A stretch of 26,094 nucleotides of DNA from Promethearchaeota archaeon. GTDB taxonomy: Archaea; Asgardarchaeota; Lokiarchaeia; Sigyniarchaeales; SOKP01. The notes beneath the pieces are model-generated. The model did no database searches. It had not been told where the DNA came from and worked only from the letters and a program-made list of their open reading frames with translations. The position numbers and the translations under genes were made by a program. Location: positions 1 to 26,094 of the forward strand of contig JAEOTR010000027.1 of NCBI GenBank assembly GCA_016839705.1, given 5' to 3'. This document shows, one piece after another, positions 7,222 through 17,183 of the stretch (the first letter of the stretch is position 1; every line of letters starts with the position of its first letter).

Positions 7222-10200
7222 TTATGGTAAAAATATTTCAATATGCTTGGTTGTCTTTCTCATATTATCGTACTGGTCTCTATAGAACAATTCTAATTTA
7301 ATTTCATCGGCAGTAGGGTCAAATAAATTCTTTTTAAGTTCTTCTTGCTTATCAACTTTTAACACATAATTAAATTTAAAAGATGTTCCAGGTTTTAATT
7401 CGTTTAGCTGGAGATATTTTGGAAAGCTTTCTTTTCTTTGTAGATTAACGTAAGTAGGTACTTTTAAAGAAATCTGAAAGTCTCTAAAATCAAAATTTGA
7501 AGGATTAGTAAGTTTACAATTTAGATATATGTCATTTCCAATGGTTTTTATATTCTTGAAAAAGGATACTTCTTTTGAATCTATGATCTCAGATTCAAGT
7601 TCTTGATAATACAGTTTATCATTTATGATTTTAGCATTTAATTTTTTTTTGTTGATAAATCTAAGAACTAATTCCTTTATTTGCTCTTTTTCTAAATCAA
7701 GATAGGATGAGAGTAATTCAAATTTAATAGGATTAATAATTCTCCTATAATATTTAATCTGGTTAAGATGGAGTTTATTCTCACTTTTCCGAACGAAATT
7801 ATTTAACCTATTTATCAATAATTCTTTTGAAGCATTAAATTTGTTAATATAAGGTCTTACGTATAAATTGAATATATTATTATCTTCTAAAACCTTCTCT
7901 TTCCCAATAACATTTTCTATTTGTATTTCAGTCTCTTCTATGTAATTTTGGATTTGTGTAGAATTTAGTTTAATTAATTTCTTCACATCTGAGAATTCAT
8001 TTTTTTTAATTAGAAATTCTAATTTCGAAGTTAATGAACTAAAGTTATCATTTAATTTCTTAATACCTTCAATCCTCTCAGTTATAATAGATTGGATATG
8101 GCCTTGTAATAATTGAAATCTTAGTTCATTATTCATGCCTGCAATTCCAAGCTCGTTGGAGAGTTTACTAACCTGCCCACTCTGAAAAACTTGACCAACT
8201 AAACTATCTTTAATAGTTTTAATCTGTCGATCTAAATTAATCAAGTATTCTTGAATTTCAATTTTAGTTGAGACCCATTTTCTTAGTAGATCTTTAAAAA
8301 GTTCGTCAAATTCCACATTGATTACTAATAATTCTCTTATTTCTCCATCCAACTGGAATGTCTTTTTTCTTATTTGAGTTATATAAGCGAATTTTTCATT
8401 TTCTTCATCATCTTCATCCTGTTCAGAGATTTCTGAATCTACATCCATTTTAAACTTATTTTCTTTTATATAATCAAACTCCGCTTTTAAAATACTAATA
8501 CGATTATCCAACAACTTAATTTCTTCTTGTAACTTGAATATAAATTCGTTTTTTTTCTCTTCACAGATTTCAGAGATAAAACTTTTTATGATACTCAATT
8601 CCTCAATAATTTGAACTTTAATATCCTCCCACTCTTCAATTAAATCAAATACTAATCTTTTATATTCAAATCTATTAATAACATTATCAAATTTTTTTAT
8701 TTTTATTAGAATCTTGCTATATTTTTTATTCAACTGAATTTCAGTATCATTAAACTTAAAATTGTTAATATATGAGTTTAATTTCTCTCTAAATTTTGCA
8801 GGTAATTTTTGAAATTCGAGCATTTTCTCATGAAATAATGCTAAATCATTATTAATCCTTTCAATAGTAGAATCGGTGTTTTTAAAATTTACTTTAATAT
8901 TCTCTAAAGTATAAAGGATTTCATTTTTAACTTCTGGATCTTTTTCAATCTGTAAAGATTTATTCAGTTCAATAATAATCCAAACTGCCATTTTATGATC
9001 TTTTAAAATAAAGCATATAAGGTTAAGCAAATTGATAGTTCTCTTTCTTTCACGCCAATATCGTGATTCTAATTGATATAAGATTCGAGTTATTTCATTT
9101 TCCATTTCTATTTGAAATTCCTCAAACAAACGTTTAAATACTAAGGAAATTCCCTCCCTAATTGTTTCAGATGGGTTTTCTAATTCTTCAAATAAATAGG
9201 GAAATATATTCGTAATATTTTTTTGACTGAGTTGATATAATGCATTTATTAGTGAATTTCTATAATATAATTGCTCAGTTTCTACTAAAGAATGCAATAA
9301 GTTCGCCCATATCTGATCAAAGTTATTTTCTGCTATATTGACGAGAGCTTCAATCACTTTTAATTGAATACGGTAATCTTTTTCCTTTAAGAGATTTATC
9401 AATTTTGGGATAATAGAGATAATTTCAGATGATTTTTCTTTACCAATCTCACCAAAAAGCCAAATTATTAATTCTTTAACCCTACTCTCTTCGTTATAGA
9501 GAAGGTTAAGAAGGATATAAAATAGTTTTTCTTTAGAGAGGAAATATGTACCATGAATTTTTAACAGTTCAGCAGCAGCTTTCGCAACGTCTTCATCTTC
9601 GTCTCTAAGATTAATAATAACCATTGACAATAATGGTTCTAAATTTTTTATTTTGGTGTAATCTTGATTTAATATCTTCTGAATAATTTTAATTACATTT
9701 AGTTTAACTTTCCAGTCATTATCCATTAATTTTTCCGTATATTCTACAATAATTTCGTGTAATTCCTCTACATCAATATGCAGTGATAAAATTAAATTTC
9801 CAATAATTTTTACTGTAAGTCTTCGTACTGTGGGATCTTGATCATATAATCTTGCCCGAATTTTGCCGATCAAATTTATAAATAGATTAGGTCTGAATAA
9901 ACTAATTTGATACAATATTTCTAACGTAACTAACCGTATCCAAGAATCTGAATCATTGATATAATGTTGAACGTATTTTACTGTTTTTAATGAAATTGAG
10001 GGAGACTTATCACAGATTAAGTTTAATAAACTAAAACATCTATAAAGGAGTTCAGTATCAGCATGATTTTGATATTTCTCGATAACGTTAAATATTTCTT
10101 CAGCGGCTTTTTCATTATAGCCATTTAGAATCAAGCTTTCAATTTTTTCAGTGTCTAAGGTTAGAGTTGTCAATGGTCTTGGAATTTTTCGGTTATTTTT

Positions 10201-10230
10201 AATTTTTATCTCAATGATCTTTTCTATCAA
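7222..10230 (-). CDS. Large HEAT-repeat protein with coiled-coil middle, PCI-like winged helix and C-terminal beta-sandwich
   Basis: HEAT motifs (INDSDSWIRLVTL, LYDQDPTVRRLTV, LMDNDWKVKLNVI, LRDEDEDVAKAAA, LENPSETIREGI); PCI-like IKFELLSSYLDLEKEQIKELVLRFINKKKLNAKII; beta-rich tail. Start uncertain (TTG 10230 or TTG 10173). Confidence 0.75.
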   Translation of the reverse strand: MIEKIIEIKIKNNRKIPRPLTTLTLDTEKIESLILNGYNEKAAEEIFNVIEKYQNHADTELLYRCFSLLNLICDKSPSISLKTVKYVQHYINDSDSWIRLVTLEILYQISLFRPNLFINLIGKIRARLYDQDPTVRRLTVKIIGNLILSLHIDVEELHEIIVEYTEKLMDNDWKVKLNVIKIIQKILNQDYTKIKNLEPLLSMVIINLRDEDEDVAKAAAELLKIHGTYFLSKEKLFYILLNLLYNEESRVKELIIWLFGEIGKEKSSEIISIIPKLINLLKEKDYRIQLKVIEALVNIAENNFDQIWANLLHSLVETEQLYYRNSLINALYQLSQKNITNIFPYLFEELENPSETIREGISLVFKRLFEEFQIEMENEITRILYQLESRYWRERKRTINLLNLICFILKDHKMAVWIIIELNKSLQIEKDPEVKNEILYTLENIKVNFKNTDSTIERINNDLALFHEKMLEFQKLPAKFREKLNSYINNFKFNDTEIQLNKKYSKILIKIKKFDNVINRFEYKRLVFDLIEEWEDIKVQIIEELSIIKSFISEICEEKKNEFIFKLQEEIKLLDNRISILKAEFDYIKENKFKMDVDSEISEQDEDDEENEKFAYITQIRKKTFQLDGEIRELLVINVEFDELFKDLLRKWVSTKIEIQEYLINLDRQIKTIKDSLVGQVFQSGQVSKLSNELGIAGMNNELRFQLLQGHIQSIITERIEGIKKLNDNFSSLTSKLEFLIKKNEFSDVKKLIKLNSTQIQNYIEETEIQIENVIGKEKVLEDNNIFNLYVRPYINKFNASKELLINRLNNFVRKSENKLHLNQIKYYRRIINPIKFELLSSYLDLEKEQIKELVLRFINKKKLNAKIINDKLYYQELESEIIDSKEVSFFKNIKTIGNDIYLNCKLTNPSNFDFRDFQISLKVPTYVNLQRKESFPKYLQLNELKPGTSFKFNYVLKVDKQEELKKNLFDPTADEIKLELFYRDQYDNMRKTTKHIEIFLP

Positions 10231-10416
10231 AGTAGTATAAATATCTTTTAAAATAATTATGGCAAATGCATCTTAATCATAAATCTATGGACTGTAAGTG
10301 AACCATAAACTTTATGCTCATAGCTACTGAAAATGTAAACTATAAAAATTATTTAAAGAAAATTAATTTGGAAAAAAGTGGCATATCAAAAAAAGAATAA
10401 AATTATAAAATTTCAT

Positions 10417-10965
10417 TTATTCAAAAAGTTCTATAATTGCATTGCCGGGAATTGCAATTCTCTCTCGATAGGTTAATGTTCCTTCCGCGATGTCTTTTGT
10501 TTTTACTAAACCGCGTTCAATGTCTTTATCACTAATATACCCTCTTTCACCTGCTTCAAATTGTTCAACTATATTACCATTATTATCTTTTATATCAACC
10601 TTAGTAATACTAGTTTGAGTTACTTTAAAAAAAACTCTTTTCCCCTCTATCTTTTCAATTATTGCTTCCGTCACAAGTTTATCACCGACTCTGACCATCC
10701 CTCTCATTTCGACAGTAAATTCAATGATTTTCCCATATTTTCCATGTTCAAGAAGATCTTCAAATAGTTTACTAATAAAACCGAATGAGAATAATCCATG
10801 AGCAATAACTCCCTTCAATCCTGCTGCCTCTGCTACAGCATCGTTAACGTGTATGGGATTAGTATCTCCTGAAGCTTTAGCATATTCTTTTAACAAATCC
10901 CTTGTGAGAGCATCAAATTCGTTTTTAAAAACTTGACCAATCTTTAATTCTGATAGTTTAACCAT
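10417..10965 (-). CDS. MaoC-family (R)-specific enoyl-CoA hydratase/dehydratase, catalytic subunit
   Basis: Hydratase-2 motif YAKASGDTNPIH followed by GVIAHG. Confidence 0.9.
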   Translation of the reverse strand: MVKLSELKIGQVFKNEFDALTRDLLKEYAKASGDTNPIHVNDAVAEAAGLKGVIAHGLFSFGFISKLFEDLLEHGKYGKIIEFTVEMRGMVRVGDKLVTEAIIEKIEGKRVFFKVTQTSITKVDIKDNNGNIVEQFEAGERGYISDKDIERGLVKTKDIAEGTLTYRERIAIPGNAIIELFE

Positions 10966-10969
10966 TGCA

Positions 10970-11488
10970 TTAATAACCTCCTTTTCTAATTCCCGCAGTT
11001 ACTACTACATTACATACAGTTTCATCATTTTGGTTTTTTATTGTAGTTATTAATTCCGCAAATAACATCATATTTGCTTCTACTAACCACACATTTCCCC
11101 ATTTTGCAGTAGCTGTTAATTTATCCCCTGGTTTTACCTCTACGCAACCTTCCCAATTGTATTTATTACCCGCGTGAAGTATCATTCTTGGATTTTTAAC
11201 AAGCATACGTTCCTCACCATCCTGAACTAACCTTGCTCCTGGAACTAATGTGTACAGCCCTTTTATAGTATAAGCATTAGCATATGCGTGACAGGCTACA
11301 ATCTCTTCCTCTTCAGGTCCAACGTATTTTGGATCGGTTATGCCGAAGCAATTTGCGAAGTTTACTAAATTCTTATATCGTACACTAATTTTTGCACTAC
11401 CGGGTACAACTTTCCCGGGGAGATTCTCCATTAAGAATTCAGCATTTTTCTTCATTTCTTCAATACTTGACATATTGATTTCACTCAT
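10970..11488 (-). CDS. MaoC-like hot-dog fold partner subunit (MaoC_dehydrat_N/HadA-like)
   Basis: FANCFGITDPKY, ILHAGNKYNW, VKPGDKLTAT, IKNQNDETVC; lacks the D-x4-H catalytic pair; ends 4 nt before the catalytic MaoC gene. Confidence 0.75.
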   Translation of the reverse strand: MSEINMSSIEEMKKNAEFLMENLPGKVVPGSAKISVRYKNLVNFANCFGITDPKYVGPEEEEIVACHAYANAYTIKGLYTLVPGARLVQDGEERMLVKNPRMILHAGNKYNWEGCVEVKPGDKLTATAKWGNVWLVEANMMLFAELITTIKNQNDETVCNVVVTAGIRKGGY

Positions 11489-11565
11489 TTAATAATGTTA
11501 ATTATAATTTAGTTTCAACCTAATTAAAACTTTAATTTCATAAATATGATTCGGGATATTTTAGA

Positions 11566-13539
11566 TTATTTTTTGAATTGAGGTATATTCCCTGCAAATA
11601 TATCCGTAATAAATGCCTCGAGGAAAGGGAAATCTTTGAATTCAATGACTTGGCTTGTCTGGTAAAATTTTTCAAGGGTTTGCCAAATTAAAGCGCTTTT
11701 TTGAATTTTTTCTACAAAATATTTTAATTTTTGTTTTGCCGGATAGGTTTGCCCTTTATATACATAACCTATGGAAAAATTATCTACCGTTTCCATGAGT
11801 ACTGTGTATTGGCCAAATTTTACACGATCAAGCCCTTCAGAGAAAAATTCATCACTGAAAGAGGTAAAAGCAGTTAAAAAGCTTCCAAAAAGCTGATTAT
11901 CTCGTTTCCATTCATCTGTAAAAGGATATGAAAATAATAGAACTCCTCCTTCTGCCAGAATCATGAGAAGTATAGGGTCTTCTTCAATAACTTCTGGGGG
12001 ATCTGTCGTACGTGTTTCTAATAAACGTTTAATTACTCCCTCAAAAGAAGAGAGCTCAATACGTTCTGATAATGGTGGCTCCTTTTCTTTCATATTTTTC
12101 CACTTACTTAATTGTTCTAATAAGATGTCATGTTCATTTGATATCTTTTGAGCTAATAATCCAAGTCCCTTATTATCAGCGATTTCTTGAGCTTGTGTTA
12201 AAAATTTCCTAGCTTCTCCCATATTCATTTGAATAAATGCTAATTTAGCTTTTAAAAGATAAGTTTCAGCTAATTTCCAAGAAGAATTTTGTTTTAATGC
12301 ATGTTCACTCAACAGATTAATTATGGGATTTATCTCATCAAATAAGTTCATGTCGTTAGATCGTAGTAATTCAGCCAAGAGTAAATCACATAATTGGATT
12401 AAAGCCCATTCATTCGAGTGCACATCGAGGGAGTCTAACTTAATGAAATCTTTTAAAATCATTTCAGCTTTAATACGATCACGAATATTAGCACTAGATT
12501 TTAAAACTATAGCTTTTGAGAGCTGAAATTCCCTTTTTAATGCCTCATTGTTAGAATTATCAACAATTTGTTTGCTAATGTTTAAGTAATTATTTACCTC
12601 TTCAAAGTCTTCTTTTTCTATATTAATCTCAATTAAAGTGAGTAAGACTGTCAGTTTAAGTTGTGGGAAAACCGCTATTTTAAAACTTCGCTTACCAAAT
12701 TCGAGAGCGCGATCTAAATCACCCTTCATTCTAGACATTTCACTGGTCATTCTAAACGATGCTGCTAGACAAGGTTTATAGTTTATTTCCTTAGCAAACT
12801 TTTGCCATTGCTTATTAAATTTTATGGCACGTTCTAAATCTCCCTTGTTTCTTAGAGCATACACTAATCTACCAAATGCTTTGCATTTATATATCTTTGG
12901 GAATTCATTATTCGCAATTATCTGCACTGAATACGTTATAGATTCATCTAAATCTCCTTTGAAATAATAAAGACGTACAAATGACATAAGAATCTCAGCA
13001 ATACGCGATTTATTACCTAGTTTCTCTTGGATCATTAGAGCTTTGTTGAAATGTTCAATAGCTTTAGTAAATTCTTTTTTAACATAATAATATATGATTC
13101 CTTTAAGATGCATCAGATCTGATTCTCTGTTCATTAACTCTGTAGGAGGAATACCTTTAAAATTAGTAAAAATGTTTTCCAATTGTTCCGTTAATTGAAG
13201 TACCGTCTTTTCTTCAATTAAAGAACCGAATTGATGTACCGTCCATTTGATATAGTATAACAAAACCCAAATTTTGGCAATGAGAGCATCAAAAACATGC
13301 AATTTGGATCCTAGGGTTTTGCTTTTTTGGTACGCTTCTTGGGTGATTTTTTTAGCTTCTTCAGGATATCCAAGAGCACTATACACTTTGCCCTTTAGGA
13401 TTAACCATTCAAGGTGTTCTTCAGGAGGAATTAGTTTTTTACCTTCGAATTCCTCAATAACTTGAAGTGATTTATCGAGTTTTCCGTTATCGTAAAGATC
13501 TTGTGCTTGCTTCAAATCAAGAATTGTTGAAATTGACAT
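11566..13539 (-). CDS. TPR-repeat protein with C-terminal longin-like domain
   Basis: Many TPR helices (KAIEHFNKAL, KGDLERAIKF, KGDLDRALEF); tail ILLMILAEGGVLLFSYPF...QLFGSFLTAFTSFSDEFF...LDRVKFGQYTVLM fits a longin-like pattern. Confidence 0.75.
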   Translation of the reverse strand: MSISTILDLKQAQDLYDNGKLDKSLQVIEEFEGKKLIPPEEHLEWLILKGKVYSALGYPEEAKKITQEAYQKSKTLGSKLHVFDALIAKIWVLLYYIKWTVHQFGSLIEEKTVLQLTEQLENIFTNFKGIPPTELMNRESDLMHLKGIIYYYVKKEFTKAIEHFNKALMIQEKLGNKSRIAEILMSFVRLYYFKGDLDESITYSVQIIANNEFPKIYKCKAFGRLVYALRNKGDLERAIKFNKQWQKFAKEINYKPCLAASFRMTSEMSRMKGDLDRALEFGKRSFKIAVFPQLKLTVLLTLIEINIEKEDFEEVNNYLNISKQIVDNSNNEALKREFQLSKAIVLKSSANIRDRIKAEMILKDFIKLDSLDVHSNEWALIQLCDLLLAELLRSNDMNLFDEINPIINLLSEHALKQNSSWKLAETYLLKAKLAFIQMNMGEARKFLTQAQEIADNKGLGLLAQKISNEHDILLEQLSKWKNMKEKEPPLSERIELSSFEGVIKRLLETRTTDPPEVIEEDPILLMILAEGGVLLFSYPFTDEWKRDNQLFGSFLTAFTSFSDEFFSEGLDRVKFGQYTVLMETVDNFSIGYVYKGQTYPAKQKLKYFVEKIQKSALIWQTLEKFYQTSQVIEFKDFPFLEAFITDIFAGNIPQFKK

Positions 13540-13661
13540 TTCGCATCGATTATGATCAGTTTAAAGATTAGATAGATTGGGCATTCTGATTAAAGAAATT
13601 AGTTTAGTTTTATATTTAAATAATACTGAAAAAAAAGTTTGAAGACCTTAATAACCAGAGA

Positions 13662-14939
13662 TTACTTTAGTGAAAGAAATTTTCCTGATTCCATCATTTC
13701 ACAGGGTTTAAAATAAGATTTACCTGTTTTTTCTGCGATTTTGTAAAGAAGTGGGATCCATTCCTTATATTTATCCTTACCTGTTTCAAAAGGTCCTGGA
13801 GAGTAGGTTCCTTTAAAGATAATCTTATCTATTAATTCATAACTTTTTACTGCTCCCTCCTCCAACACTCTGCAAGCTTCGTTGAAAGTTAATGCAGGAA
13901 AAATCTCGGGGTTAAGATTTTCTGCTAAGAGTCTAAACGCATTTTGATCTATTGAAGGAAGGTTTATTATTGAACCATCTTCATTGTACTCATAGATTCC
14001 TTTTCCAACTTTTTTTCCCAGTCTCCCAGATTTCATTAGATCTTCCATATATTTTGCTGGGGCAAAATCAGGTGATACATACTTCTCAAAGTAGATCAAG
14101 ATATTATAAATTGTATCTATTCCAATATTATCGGCGAGTTCAAAAAGCATCTGAAGAAAACCTAATTCCTCAAAAGTAAAACCATTCTTATTTGCAGTAT
14201 CAACAAGCCAACCCATGTAAATTAGAATTGGAAGAGAGATTCTATTTCCTATTAAACCGTCAATTTCTTTTTCAAGGCGAACCGTAAATCTCTCACCAGT
14301 TATACATGGAAATTTTTGCGCAACCATTCGACCAATTTCAAGAGCGTCATCTGCGGATTTTTCCCCCGGAGTGATTTCGATTAACATTCCAGCTATGGGG
14401 AAAAATGTGTGAAAATGCAACCCGATTACTTTTTCGGGGCGGTTACATAATTCAGCAATTTTGGTTATACTTATTGATGATGTATTTGAAGCTAAAACCG
14501 CTTGAGGGGGTGCAAATTCTCCGAGCTGTTTAAATATCCTTTTTTTCAACTCTAATTTCTCAGAAACGGCTTCTATTACGAAATTAGCATCTCTAATACC
14601 TCTTGAAATATCTGTGTCTGTGTTTAATCGACCCATAATAGTTTCTGTATCAACACCATTAGCTAATATACCAATTGATGCAAATTGCTCTAATTTTTTC
14701 TTGAAATCCACATTTTTTAACTTCTCATTAGATGCAAAATATTCCTTTAACTTCTCCTCAGATTGGATTAATTCCATTCTTTCTAGAATTAATTTCTTTG
14801 TCTTCTCGAGAATTTCAGAGTTAAGATCGATAACGGTAACTTTTTCGTACCCGGAAAGTAAGGCAACCTGAGCAATTCCTGAGCCCATAATACCACCCCC
14901 GATAACGGCAATATTTTTAATTTTATCTATATCAACCAA
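13662..14939 (-). CDS. 3-hydroxyacyl-CoA dehydrogenase family protein, copy A
   Basis: IGGGIMGSGIA Rossmann motif, IEAVSE, ASNTSS, GLHF, GLIGNRI, GRLGKKVGKGIY; TTG start after AGGTG. Confidence 0.88.
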   Translation of the reverse strand: MVDIDKIKNIAVIGGGIMGSGIAQVALLSGYEKVTVIDLNSEILEKTKKLILERMELIQSEEKLKEYFASNEKLKNVDFKKKLEQFASIGILANGVDTETIMGRLNTDTDISRGIRDANFVIEAVSEKLELKKRIFKQLGEFAPPQAVLASNTSSISITKIAELCNRPEKVIGLHFHTFFPIAGMLIEITPGEKSADDALEIGRMVAQKFPCITGERFTVRLEKEIDGLIGNRISLPILIYMGWLVDTANKNGFTFEELGFLQMLFELADNIGIDTIYNILIYFEKYVSPDFAPAKYMEDLMKSGRLGKKVGKGIYEYNEDGSIINLPSIDQNAFRLLAENLNPEIFPALTFNEACRVLEEGAVKSYELIDKIIFKGTYSPGPFETGKDKYKEWIPLLYKIAEKTGKSYFKPCEMMESGKFLSLK

Positions 14940-15096
14940 TTACAAACACCTTTAGTAGTATTATTATTTTTTTTATTATGAATATACTATTTATTTTATA
15001 TTATCTTATGAATACTATATTAAGTACAGTATATAAAATCTTTGATTATTTTTCTTAATTCTTAATGTCTATTATGATGAAATTAGCTAAAAAAAG

Positions 15097-16386
15097 TTAT
15101 TTGTAAGATAAAAATTTTCCTGACTTCATCATTTCACAGGGTTTTAAGTAAAGTTTTCCAGTTTTCTTTACTATTTCGTCAAGGATGGCTACCAATTCCT
15201 TGTATTTATCTTTACCTCGTACAAACGGTCCTTGCATGAAAGTTCCCTTCAATATAACCTTATCGAGAAGTTCACAACTGTTTACTACTCCCTCCTCTAA
15301 TAATCTACACCCTTCATTTAAGCTAATTGCTAGAAATATATCCGGTTTAAAATTTTCTTGGATGTATTTAGTAGTCTTCTCTTCTACAGGTTCTAAATCT
15401 TTAATTGGCCCATTTTCATTCCACTCATAATATCCCTTACCCACTTTTATTCCTAGTCTTCCGGCTTTTACAAGATCTTCAACCCTTTTACTAGGAGCAA
15501 AATCAGGTGATACATTTTCTTCAAAATATTTTGCTGTATTATAGATGGTGTCTACACCTATGTGATCAGCGCCTTCAAAAGAAATGCCTGCAGCTTCTAA
15601 TTGTTTAAGAGTAATTCCATTTTTTATCGCCTCTTCTAAAAACCAACTATAATATAGAGAACCTGCCATGGCGATTCGGTTAGCGATAAATCCAGGAGAC
15701 TCTTTCTCAAGTTGGACAGTAAATCTATCACCAATAAGACATGGGAATTTTTGTGCGATTTCATAACCTAATTTTAGAGATTTATCTATAGTTTTTTCTC
15801 CAGGTGTTAGCTCAATTAACATACCAAATATAGGGAAAAAGGTATGAAAATGCATTCCTATAACCTTTTCTGGGCGTTCAGAAAACTTGGCTATTTTAGT
15901 AATGCTTATTGTTGATGTATTTGATGCAAGTAATGTGTGAGGGGGAGAATATTTACTTAATTGTTTAAAGACTTTTTGCTTTAGATCTAATACCTCTGAA
16001 ACAGCCTCGATTAAAAAATCTGCATCGTTGACACCTTTTGAAATATCAATTTCTGTTTTTAATCGACTCATTATTGATTCTGTATCAACACCATGAGCAA
16101 TTACTCCTACGGATTTAAACTCATTCATTTTCTGTTTAAAATCTATGTTTTGCCTTGCCTCTGAAGTATTTTCATATCTAGAAATAAATTTCTTAAATTT
16201 TTCTTCGGATTCGAGGGACTCAATTCGGTATTCTATTGTTTGCCTTGATTTTTCAAGAATTTCTGTATTAAGATCTATAATAGTAACCTTTTCATACCCA
16301 GAAAGCAAAGCGACCTGGGCAATTCCTGAACCCATAATGCCCCCACCGATTACGGCAACATTTTTTACGTTATCTCCTTTAACCAA
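15097..16386 (-). CDS. 3-hydroxyacyl-CoA dehydrogenase family protein, copy B
   Basis: Same motifs as copy A (IGGGIMGSGIA, IEAVSE, ASNTST, GMHF, PGFIANRI, GRLGIKVGKGYY); TTG start after GGGAG. Confidence 0.88.
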   Translation of the reverse strand: MVKGDNVKNVAVIGGGIMGSGIAQVALLSGYEKVTIIDLNTEILEKSRQTIEYRIESLESEEKFKKFISRYENTSEARQNIDFKQKMNEFKSVGVIAHGVDTESIMSRLKTEIDISKGVNDADFLIEAVSEVLDLKQKVFKQLSKYSPPHTLLASNTSTISITKIAKFSERPEKVIGMHFHTFFPIFGMLIELTPGEKTIDKSLKLGYEIAQKFPCLIGDRFTVQLEKESPGFIANRIAMAGSLYYSWFLEEAIKNGITLKQLEAAGISFEGADHIGVDTIYNTAKYFEENVSPDFAPSKRVEDLVKAGRLGIKVGKGYYEWNENGPIKDLEPVEEKTTKYIQENFKPDIFLAISLNEGCRLLEEGVVNSCELLDKVILKGTFMQGPFVRGKDKYKELVAILDEIVKKTGKLYLKPCEMMKSGKFLSYK

Positions 16387-16443
16387 TTTAAACTCCCAAT
16401 TCTAAATTTAAATGTTATTTATTTTAGTTCAAATATTTTAAAA

Positions 16444-17172
16444 TTAATATTTTATTATTGAAAAGATTTTTTCAGAATTAGATTTTGATACATCGAAATA
16501 TTCCTTTATTCTTTGATTAGTAGCTTTACCGTTTAAAATCACACATGAGATTTTCCACTTTTCAATTAAAGATAACAAATAAGAATCAATGGGTTTAGTT
16601 TGGTTTTTCAACTCTCCTTCACTAGTTTTAAATTCGCGTAACTTTCCAGAATGCTTCATTTTCTTGTATTCAGAGGTATTAAGTTCTTTTATGACTTGAT
16701 TGTCTTTGTTGAAGATCCCCTCAACATCTTTTATTAAGAAACAATGGGGAATTTCTAACTCTTTTGCTAAAAAAAGAGTTATAGAATCAGAGGTAACATC
16801 CCAACTGTGTGGTAATCTATCAATTTCTTTTAAGAATCGGTAGGGAAGAAAGATACTAAAACTTCTATCTAATTTTTTTAATCTATTTACGTTTTCAATA
16901 ACATCTAATTCTGGAAATTTCTTGCCTAATTCGATGCCATTGTAATTCATTGACATTACTCCCATCCAGTGTCCAAGATCCTCTGTGAACTTAAGTTCAC
17001 TATATACCTTTCTAATGAAATTTGCAAGTGTCCCTCCACCAGGGATTAAAATAATCTTCTTTACACTTCCCTTATCATACAACTGTGTTAGTTGAGAAAT
17101 GGTAGAATTTAGATCTTCAAAATTCTCTAAAATCTTGCCTCCAATTTTAAATATTACATTATTATATCCCAT
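16444..17172 (-). CDS. mfnE: Amino-acid-kinase-family protein, [5-(aminomethyl)furan-3-yl]methyl phosphate kinase-like
   Basis: KIGG, IPGGGTLANFIR, LPHSWDVTSDSI, KDVEG; next to an mfnF-like gene. Confidence 0.75.
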   Translation of the reverse strand: MGYNNVIFKIGGKILENFEDLNSTISQLTQLYDKGSVKKIILIPGGGTLANFIRKVYSELKFTEDLGHWMGVMSMNYNGIELGKKFPELDVIENVNRLKKLDRSFSIFLPYRFLKEIDRLPHSWDVTSDSITLFLAKELEIPHCFLIKDVEGIFNKDNQVIKELNTSEYKKMKHSGKLREFKTSEGELKNQTKPIDSYLLSLIEKWKISCVILNGKATNQRIKEYFDVSKSNSEKIFSIIKY

Positions 17173-17183
17173 TATCCTCAGTT

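Noticed and set aside
14976-15018. Imperfect direct repeat TTATGAATA(TA)CTAT between the dehydrogenase genes
   Set aside because: Only two copies in very AT-rich DNA; could be an operator but cannot be told from chance.
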